A stretch of DNA of 49,194 bases from an uncultured Pseudomonadales bacterium (lineage in GTDB: Bacteria; Patescibacteriota; Microgenomatia; UBA1400; PJMF01): assembly GCA_964452285.1 (NCBI GenBank), contig CAYVKW010000003.1:1-49194 (forward strand), given 5' to 3'. The number at the start of each line of letters is the position of its first letter. The first letter of the stretch is position 1. Below the pieces are notes generated by a model that worked only from the letters and a program-made list of their open reading frames with translations, did no database searches and was not told the origin of the DNA. This document shows positions 42,375 to 49,194 of the stretch, in pieces. Position numbers and translations under genes: made by a program.

Positions 42375-44144
42375 ATGCCACAAAAAAAGGATTTTCCCTC
42401 CACTCGCTTTCTCATTTACAAAAAGCTTCTTTTAGTGGGTCTTATTTTTATTTTAATTCTAGGTTTTATTTATCAACGTTTTATCTTTTATCAAAGTCAC
42501 TTTCTTCCTCGTACTTCGATTAACCAAATCGATATCAGCAATCTTGATTTTCTCCAAGCTCAAACCAAACTTTCTTCTTTTATTATTCATCCTCAAGATA
42601 AAATCATCTTTACCGCTCTTGACGAAAAAATTTCTTCCACCAGCGCTCAATTAGAGCTTAATGATCATATTGACACCACTCTTGCCGACATTTTAGTTCA
42701 ACAACAAAATTTAGCCTTCTTAAACTTTCTTTCCACTTTTGCTGTTTCTACCCCTCGTTCTTACAATCTTTCTCCTTCTTTTAACCCCACTGCTTTACGA
42801 CAAATGATTTCTGCTCTCGCCCAAAGACTCAATCAGCCAGGAAAAGCCGGCTACCTTTTATTACAAAAGACAGGCGATTTAAATTCTCTTATTATTGAGG
42901 CCGGACAAGACAAAATTACTCTCAATCAAGCAGAAGCTTTTCAGCTCGTTTCTTCCAATTTAGGCCATATTAGTAATTTTTCTCTTCCAGTTGAACAAGA
43001 ACCACTTAAATACACTTCTTCTCAAATTAAAACTCTCACTTCTCAAGCCAACTCCATTTTAAATCAAAAACTTACTTTTGACACCGATCAGGTGGACAAT
43101 TTTTCTTTCACTCTTTCCGATCTTGATTTAATTCCCTTACTTGGAGCTAGTAGTTCCACTCAACTTGCCATCAAAAATAATTTTGCTGACATTATTGATG
43201 CTTCAGTTAAAAGAGAGCCACAAGAACCAATTCTTGAACTTACCGACGGCGCCGTCACTAAATTCATTCCTCCTTTAGACGGATTGCAATTAGACCGCCA
43301 ACATTTTTTTTCTCTTATCAATCAAAGTCTCAATCAATTACTTGCTACCGACGAAGCTCAGATTCTTAATCTGGATTTGCCGCTTACCACCGCCTCACCC
43401 AAGAAATCTCTTTCTCAAACTAACGATCTCGGTATCAACGAGCTTCTTGGCTTCGGCGAAAGTTACTACGCTCATTCTTCTTCTGGAAGAATTCATAATG
43501 TCGTTCTCACTGCTTCTCGTATTAACAATACTTTGGTCGCACCAGGTGAAGAATTCTCTTTCAACCACGCTCTAGGCGATGTTAGCAGTAATTCTGGCTA
43601 TCAGGCTGGCTATGTTATTAAAGGAGGTCGTTCGGAATTATCAGCGGGCGGCGGCGTTTGTCAAGTTAGCACCACTCTTTTCCGAGCTTTGCTCGATTCT
43701 GGCCTTAAAATTACTCTCCGCCGCCCGCATAGTTATCGCGTCAGCTATTATGAATTAAACAATGACCCTGGTTTCGATGCCACCGTTTATTCAGGTAACG
43801 TCGATCTTAGATTTATTAATGACACCAACCGTTACCTTCTCATTTCCACTCAAACAGATGTTGACAATCTTTATATGACCGCCAAAATTTATGGCACTAG
43901 CGATGGCCGCTATACTACAATTACCAATTATAAAAAATTTAATGCTAAAAAAGCTCCTGCTCCAGAATACATTACCGATCCTTCTCTCCCTTCTGGTGCT
44001 GTCAAACAAATTGACTGGGCAGTCGGCGGTCTTCAAACCAACTTTACTCACACTATTTACAATGCTGACGGCTCCATTCGCAATCAAAAAGACTATCCTT
44101 CCACTTATCAAGCTTGGAGTTCAAAATATCTCGTTGGACCTTAG
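42375..44144 (+). CDS. VanW-family protein (membrane-anchored)
   Basis: TM anchor. C-terminal VanW signature: VAPGEEFSFNHALGDVSSNSGYQAGYVI...GGGVCQVSTTLFRALLDSGLKITLRRPHSYRVSYY. Confidence 0.85.
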   Translation: MPQKKDFPSTRFLIYKKLLLVGLIFILILGFIYQRFIFYQSHFLPRTSINQIDISNLDFLQAQTKLSSFIIHPQDKIIFTALDEKISSTSAQLELNDHIDTTLADILVQQQNLAFLNFLSTFAVSTPRSYNLSPSFNPTALRQMISALAQRLNQPGKAGYLLLQKTGDLNSLIIEAGQDKITLNQAEAFQLVSSNLGHISNFSLPVEQEPLKYTSSQIKTLTSQANSILNQKLTFDTDQVDNFSFTLSDLDLIPLLGASSSTQLAIKNNFADIIDASVKREPQEPILELTDGAVTKFIPPLDGLQLDRQHFFSLINQSLNQLLATDEAQILNLDLPLTTASPKKSLSQTNDLGINELLGFGESYYAHSSSGRIHNVVLTASRINNTLVAPGEEFSFNHALGDVSSNSGYQAGYVIKGGRSELSAGGGVCQVSTTLFRALLDSGLKITLRRPHSYRVSYYELNNDPGFDATVYSGNVDLRFINDTNRYLLISTQTDVDNLYMTAKIYGTSDGRYTTITNYKKFNAKKAPAPEYITDPSLPSGAVKQIDWAVGGLQTNFTHTIYNADGSIRNQKDYPSTYQAWSSKYLVGP

Positions 44145-44166
44145 AATCTCTATCTCTTAGGAAAAA

Positions 44167-44175
44167 TGATATAAT
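44167..44175 (+). promoter_or_regulatory. Extended -10 promoter (TGATATAAT), 6 nt upstream of the ATG at 44182
   Basis: Read directly: aaatgatataat-aacctt-ATG. Confidence 0.5.
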
Positions 44176-44181
44176 AACCTT

Positions 44182-47100
44182 ATGCCTCTTCGTCGTCCAT
44201 CGTTAACTACAAAAAAACCCTCGGCTGTTCAACGTCTAGAAAAAAGCATTCATGCTCAACAAAATAGTAACGTTTCAGCTCAATCTTCATCTCCTCTTTC
44301 AACAGATCATGTCACCATCCCTGCCGCTAAAGCCACTTCCTCATCTCCTATTTTAAATCTTCAACAACTCAATCGTCCCACTCTCACCGCTCTCAGCGCT
44401 ATCGCCAACGGTGTTCAGAAAGACTCTTTTTTAGACTTACTTCATGGCTCAGGGAAAAATCAAATTCTTCAGGCCGCTGGTATTTCTTTACAAGATTCTC
44501 AATCTATTGATTCATTTGAGCAGGCAATTAATCAGAACTATGACCAACTTTATCAACAAGCTTCTCTTCAATACAATCCCAAACTTCTCGATGAAAAGTT
44601 TCGTTCTTTATCGCAAAGCGAAATTTCAAGCAGCGCCGAAGAAAGCGAATTATTAGCAGATATTTCCACCACTAGCCGTCAAATTTACGAAAATAATTCG
44701 CCCCTTTCTTCTATAGAAAGCTATTTTAACCAAAAAAAACGTTCTCTTTTCCCAGACACGTCCATCTCTCCGTCTTCGGCGCCTTCTGTTACATCCGTTC
44801 AACCCGCCACAGCTGATACATCAACCGCCACCAGCACAACATCTTCATCTCTTCCTCCTTCCACTTCAACTCCCAAACTTTCTTCTTCCACAGTTCCCTC
44901 TCATTTTTCTTCTTCAGCTTCATCTGCGCCTACTACTGAAACGTCATCCACATCAGCTCCAGCTTCAGAAAAAAAAACACCGGGCTCTCACTTAACCAGT
45001 TCTTCTCGCTTTGCTACCAAAACCGCCGAAGCTGATAAACAAACAAGCCTCACTAACGAATCAGCCACTGTGCCAACGGTCGATAATCAAACCAACTCCG
45101 TAGCCACATCAGTTTCATCTCCAACGGAGATTTCCTCTTCTACCTCCTCTTCCGTTTCTTCTAATTCATCATCTACTACCGCAGATTTAACTCTTCCACT
45201 TTCTTCTGAGCCGTCATCTACTGGAAAAACCTCATCTTCTCATCTTGATTATCATTCTTCACCTTCCATTAATTCTCCTTCTCCTTTTTCCGCTGAAACT
45301 GACGCCAGACCTTCTCGTTCACGAAGTACAATTAACCCGGACACTTTTAATTCAGGCGAGCCAGCCTCCGCTGGCTCACCCACTCTTCCTTCTTCCGTTA
45401 GCAACACTTCAGCTTCATCTTCTTCTTCAGATTTCTCAAAATTTCCTCTTAATTCTGGCTCATTTACTCAAGACACCCTCAACCGTTTCAAACAATCAAA
45501 AAGTCCATCTCCATCTACTTTTTCTCGCTCAACTAAAACTTCTCGCCCCTTATTCAATTCTCGCTCCAATCGTCAACTTGCAAAATTAAGAGCTCAAGCA
45601 AAACAAAAAGCTAAACAACAAGCCGCCAAAGCTGCGGCCCAATTAACTAAAGCCGCTATTAAAGCCGCCGGTCTTTTGATAAAAGGACTAGTTAGTTTTG
45701 TCACTCTTATTCTTCCTATTCTTCCTTATATTGTAGTCGTCGCCAGCGCCGTTGGCATTTTCACTGCTGTTGTTTCTTGGTTCACTAGTAGTGATGGGCC
45801 AGCTGGCAATGTTACCATTCAGTCAGCTAATCAAGCTCCTTTAGCAGATTATTATTGTTATCCTTGTGTTTTAGTTTCTAAAACAGTTTCTCTTATTGGC
45901 GGCCAAGAAAATGTTTACGGTTTAGCCATTGACGCTACTAACGCCAAAAAAGCCAGATATACTTACACTGTTACTCCAGACGTCGAACATTGCAAAGATA
46001 TTAAACTTAATGGTGATTGTAGTGACATTCTGTCAATTGGCTGCGACACTAATAATCCCAATTGTCCAGAATTGTCAGAAACTATTACCTACAATGTGCC
46101 CGCTCTTCCAGCCGGCATCGTTCACAACGCCAATGCTACCGAAGCTGTCCCAGACAATTATCGCCTTTCTCCAGAAGTTGCTACCATTCAAGCAGACGGC
46201 TCAGACCTTAGCGTCGCTGCTTGTAACGAACTCATGCGCACCTTAAAAACAGACAATTTGCACAATTATCCTCTCACTCAAAAAGTTGCTTTCAATCTCG
46301 ATGCCTTTCTTCCCGAAGGTTACCCTCTTCCTTATGGCAACGATTATCGACTTGACAACACTTTCACTTTAGGCTACTCTGGACAACCCACGAATCCCAA
46401 AGGGACGTTCTCCACCATTAATGGACTTCTAGAAATTCACATGGTTAATGTGCTATGGGGAGACGCTATTCTTATCAGAACTCAAAATCAAAACATTGTT
46501 ATTGATGGAGGTAGCAAAGGCAACGATCGAGGCGGTAAATTTATTAAATATCTTCAAACTTTAGGCATTTCTCAAATCGACACTTACATTCTTAGTCACG
46601 GTTGTGAAGATCATGTAGGCAATACTGAAACTTTTTTCCAAACTTTTGAGGTTGGCGAACGTTATTCCACTGCCGTTAAAGCCAGTGGTTATCCCGGTAA
46701 TGGCACATCATATCCTTCTTTTATTCCTGGAAATAAGGCCTTAAAAGCGGGAGACGTCCTTCAATTAGAAGATGGGCTCATACTAGAAGTCCTTGGGCCA
46801 ATTACTATTAGTAGCTCATGCAGAAGTGGCGGCTATTGCGGCAACAACGATTCTCTTGTTTTTCGTTTGACCTTTGGTAACAAAAAATTTCTTTTCACTG
46901 GCGATTTTGACAACTGGATTAAATTAAGTAATGCAGTAAGCGATGATAAATTGCAAGCAGATTTCTTAAAATACCCCCATCACGGGCGTGCCATTATTAC
47001 TCTCAACTATGCTGTTCTCACTAAAATCCATCCTGAAGTAGCTTTTACCTATGAAATTAAAAACAACGCTATTGTTAATAATGAAGGACTTATGAATGGC

Positions 47101-47208
47101 TGGGGAGGCCAAATTTATTCCTCTGAAAACAATGGCAATTTAGTTTGCGTGTCAGACGGCAACACGCTTACTGTCACTACTAATGCCGAAGCAGCGGATT
47201 TTAAATAA
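44182..47208 (+). CDS. 1008-aa protein: ~480-aa Ser/Thr/Pro-rich low-complexity region, hydrophobic membrane segment, Cys-rich domain and a C-terminal ComEC-type MBL-fold hydrolase domain
   Basis: Low-complexity S/T tracts at aa ~190-480. A basic helix (KLRAQAKQKAKQQAAKAAAQ) followed by ~40 hydrophobic residues. MBL motifs LEIHMVNVLWGDAILI, YILSHGCEDHVGN, FLFTGDF and LKYPHHG. Confidence 0.75.
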   Translation: MPLRRPSLTTKKPSAVQRLEKSIHAQQNSNVSAQSSSPLSTDHVTIPAAKATSSSPILNLQQLNRPTLTALSAIANGVQKDSFLDLLHGSGKNQILQAAGISLQDSQSIDSFEQAINQNYDQLYQQASLQYNPKLLDEKFRSLSQSEISSSAEESELLADISTTSRQIYENNSPLSSIESYFNQKKRSLFPDTSISPSSAPSVTSVQPATADTSTATSTTSSSLPPSTSTPKLSSSTVPSHFSSSASSAPTTETSSTSAPASEKKTPGSHLTSSSRFATKTAEADKQTSLTNESATVPTVDNQTNSVATSVSSPTEISSSTSSSVSSNSSSTTADLTLPLSSEPSSTGKTSSSHLDYHSSPSINSPSPFSAETDARPSRSRSTINPDTFNSGEPASAGSPTLPSSVSNTSASSSSSDFSKFPLNSGSFTQDTLNRFKQSKSPSPSTFSRSTKTSRPLFNSRSNRQLAKLRAQAKQKAKQQAAKAAAQLTKAAIKAAGLLIKGLVSFVTLILPILPYIVVVASAVGIFTAVVSWFTSSDGPAGNVTIQSANQAPLADYYCYPCVLVSKTVSLIGGQENVYGLAIDATNAKKARYTYTVTPDVEHCKDIKLNGDCSDILSIGCDTNNPNCPELSETITYNVPALPAGIVHNANATEAVPDNYRLSPEVATIQADGSDLSVAACNELMRTLKTDNLHNYPLTQKVAFNLDAFLPEGYPLPYGNDYRLDNTFTLGYSGQPTNPKGTFSTINGLLEIHMVNVLWGDAILIRTQNQNIVIDGGSKGNDRGGKFIKYLQTLGISQIDTYILSHGCEDHVGNTETFFQTFEVGERYSTAVKASGYPGNGTSYPSFIPGNKALKAGDVLQLEDGLILEVLGPITISSSCRSGGYCGNNDSLVFRLTFGNKKFLFTGDFDNWIKLSNAVSDDKLQADFLKYPHHGRAIITLNYAVLTKIHPEVAFTYEIKNNAIVNNEGLMNGWGGQIYSSENNGNLVCVSDGNTLTVTTNAEAADFK

Positions 47209-47211
47209 CAT

Positions 47212-47979
47212 ATGAAAAAAAAGCCGTTTTTATTTTTAATCTTAATCATTTCTTTTCTTTTTATTTTGTTTATTTTATTAAGTATTAATAATATAAATCA
47301 AAAAAAATTAATTACTTCTATTCCTCAATTAGAAAAACAAGCTTCTTCAACTACTGTTCCAGAAATCATAAGCCAAACTCCTATCCCGGACAGTAGCAAT
47401 GTTGTTGCCACTCCTTCTCCAGATAGCAACCAGAATGAAACAACCTCTCCTAGCTACAACGACAACTTAAATATTTTTTATCAACCATTAAACTCAATTT
47501 TATTAACAAACATTCAGCTACAGCAATTAGAAGCAAATATTAATCAAGGAGATTTCTATTTTGATGTCAGCACTTTTCCTCCCTCTCAACAAGAAAACAT
47601 CGCCTCTCTTGCTAAAAGAATAATGGCCATTATTCTTAGCACTAACAACAATCTTGATTGGTGGAAAAAATTAGCTATGAGTCTTAAAAATGACGACAGT
47701 TTGTTCTCTCTAAATAATTATAACTGGAACGACATTAAAAGCATAGAAATAGCAAATGTTAACTTTATTGACACCAGCTTTTCCGAAGCTCCAACTGAAG
47801 CTGATTATTCCTACATTAGTAATCAGCATTTAATCTTTATCAGCCTTGTAAACTTCGTTAAAAATAATGCAGAAACCGACTTAATTGAAGCTGTCTGGGA
47901 ATTTACCGTTGACTGTTCCATCGACGCCGGCTGCAATATTAAAGAAATATTCCCTCCCACTATTGTCAAAAGTAATTAA
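47212..47979 (+). CDS. Membrane-anchored or secreted hypothetical protein
   Basis: 255 aa. N-terminal hydrophobic helix (FLFLILIISFLFILFILLSI). Starts 3 nt after the upstream stop, so it is operonic. No recognisable domain. Confidence 0.6.
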   Translation: MKKKPFLFLILIISFLFILFILLSINNINQKKLITSIPQLEKQASSTTVPEIISQTPIPDSSNVVATPSPDSNQNETTSPSYNDNLNIFYQPLNSILLTNIQLQQLEANINQGDFYFDVSTFPPSQQENIASLAKRIMAIILSTNNNLDWWKKLAMSLKNDDSLFSLNNYNWNDIKSIEIANVNFIDTSFSEAPTEADYSYISNQHLIFISLVNFVKNNAETDLIEAVWEFTVDCSIDAGCNIKEIFPPTIVKSN

Positions 47980-48136
47980 TGCTCATTAGAAATCTTTTTT
48001 TCTTATAAACAGGTAATTACTACTAAAACACAGCCAATCTGCTTCAAACGTTTTTATTTAAAAAAATAAATCACTATCAAACTCGCTTGTCTTGCTTTTT
48101 TTTCATTTTTTATATAGAATACATAACGTTTCACGA

Positions 48137-49132
48137 ATGAAAAAAACACTTATTATTATAATCGCCTTATTTTTATTAGTTGGTATTATCTATTTATTTA
48201 TCTATTCTTCGTCCACATCTGTTCCTTCATCTATCCCTTCCATTGCTTCCACAATACCAGAAGCTTCATCTCCAGCAGAACTTATTTTAACTAATCAAAT
48301 TTCAGTCTCTTATCCTTCTCCTCAATTTACCGGTTCATTTCCTCAATCACCAAAAAGTTTACCTATTTTAAATATCTCTCTCCTAGAAAATCAATTTCTT
48401 CTTTCTCAAGCCAATAAACTTTGTCAAACAAATTCTTTTAAAGAACCGTTTTTTACCGGCGCCAACTGCGATTACTATTTTTTTAACCAGAATCAAAATT
48501 TAGAAATTGTTAATAATTCCGTCATGGATTTTGACAATCAAAATATTATTACTCTCCAAGACGCTAAAAATAAAGCTCAGGATTTTCTCAATTTTTTCAT
48601 TCCACCTGAATATTCACCTTTATTTTTCCGCGCTTTTTATTATCAAGGTGATTATGAACTCTTTGATAGCTCTCCTGATCAAGCCACTTCTATTCAGCTA
48701 GAATACAATCATTTTTTTCAAAACATTCCCATTCTTAGTCAAGACGACAGTAATTCTAGCTTTGCTATTTTAATTAATCACCATGCTACTTTTCAAAAAG
48801 CCGAAATGCCTGTTCGCCTTATAAAAGTTGCTCCTCAAACTCAATTTTACTCTCTCATTAGCTTAAACCAAGCTCTTAACAATATCACCCTTGGACAAGT
48901 TTATCTTTTATCAGCTGGAAACACTGTCGACAGCACCAACGATACTCTTGATTTTAATTCTATAACTAATCTTACTTTGCAAGAAGTCATTATCGAATAT
49001 CGTTATAACCAAGCTAATTTATTAGCCATTCCTTATTATCATTTTTTAGGTAGTGCCACTGACGATAACCAAAACTCATTTAATTTAGAAATTCTTACTC
49101 CTGCCATCGATTTAACTTTAATTAATAACTAG
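48137..49132 (+). CDS. Membrane-anchored or secreted hypothetical protein
   Basis: Start trimmed from 48092 to the ATG at 48137 (MKKTLIIIIALFLLVGIIYLFIY...). 331 aa. No recognisable domain. Confidence 0.6.
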   Translation: MKKTLIIIIALFLLVGIIYLFIYSSSTSVPSSIPSIASTIPEASSPAELILTNQISVSYPSPQFTGSFPQSPKSLPILNISLLENQFLLSQANKLCQTNSFKEPFFTGANCDYYFFNQNQNLEIVNNSVMDFDNQNIITLQDAKNKAQDFLNFFIPPEYSPLFFRAFYYQGDYELFDSSPDQATSIQLEYNHFFQNIPILSQDDSNSSFAILINHHATFQKAEMPVRLIKVAPQTQFYSLISLNQALNNITLGQVYLLSAGNTVDSTNDTLDFNSITNLTLQEVIIEYRYNQANLLAIPYYHFLGSATDDNQNSFNLEILTPAIDLTLINN

Positions 49133-49194
49133 ATGCTGCCTTTACCAAAAATTTATTTATAAATTTAGAAAAAATCATCTATAATAACAATAAT

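Noticed and set aside
1-49194. Alternative genetic code (UGA recoding, as in some candidate phyla)
   Set aside because: All conserved genes are full-length with no in-frame TGA under the standard code. The M16 peptidase ends at a TGA (16663-16665) at the expected C-terminal position. The other stops I checked are TAA or TAG, which fits low GC rather than reassignment.

Overview
Gene-dense, low-GC bacterial chromosomal window. Hand sampling gives about 35-38% GC over most of it, about 23% in the largest intergenic gap and about 45-48% in the first 3.9 kb. I count 31 protein genes and 3 tRNAs.

Content:
- Housekeeping: rplJ-rplL, murD, argS, ndk, obg, rho, radA, a peroxiredoxin, an M16 peptidase and a NUDIX hydrolase.
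- Envelope: a TagA/WecG-family glycosyltransferase, two large polytopic membrane proteins, a LysM-M23 peptidase, VanW, a sortase and a PEGA/TolB-like protein.
- DNA uptake: comEA, plus comEC split into a channel gene and an MBL gene.
- Several very large, compositionally biased surface proteins with no family I can name.

Standard genetic code. Stops are almost all TAA/TAG, with one TGA. The repertoire and style fit a reduced-genome uncultivated lineage such as Patescibacteria/CPR, but that is inference only.

Main leads:
1. A two-gene module at 31783-37457. It pairs a 1162-aa membrane-anchored fibre-like protein, whose cytoplasmic tail carries three copies of a PRSLGDLSHF-type motif, with a soluble HerA/FtsK/VirD4-type P-loop ATPase.
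2. A NUDIX gene wedged between two tRNA-Arg genes: a 4-nt gap on one side and a 14-nt overlap that includes its stop codon on the other.
3. A PP-loop protein directly upstream of murD, a possible MurL-MurD2 L-Glu ligase/epimerase route.
4. A second membrane-anchored ComEC-type MBL protein with a roughly 480-aa Ser/Thr-rich region, in a VanW-led cluster of unknowns.
5. A 1.25-kb AT-rich non-coding gap containing a perfect 42-bp palindrome, and an orphan terminator implying a small transcript.
6. Extended -10 promoters only 6-10 nt from start codons, implying leaderless mRNAs.
7. A window-wide pyrimidine excess (C>G, mostly T>A) on the + strand that is independent of coding direction and visibly reshapes protein composition.

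A partial gene of more than 1284 codons at 1-3853 (minus strand) is missing from the supplied ORF track.
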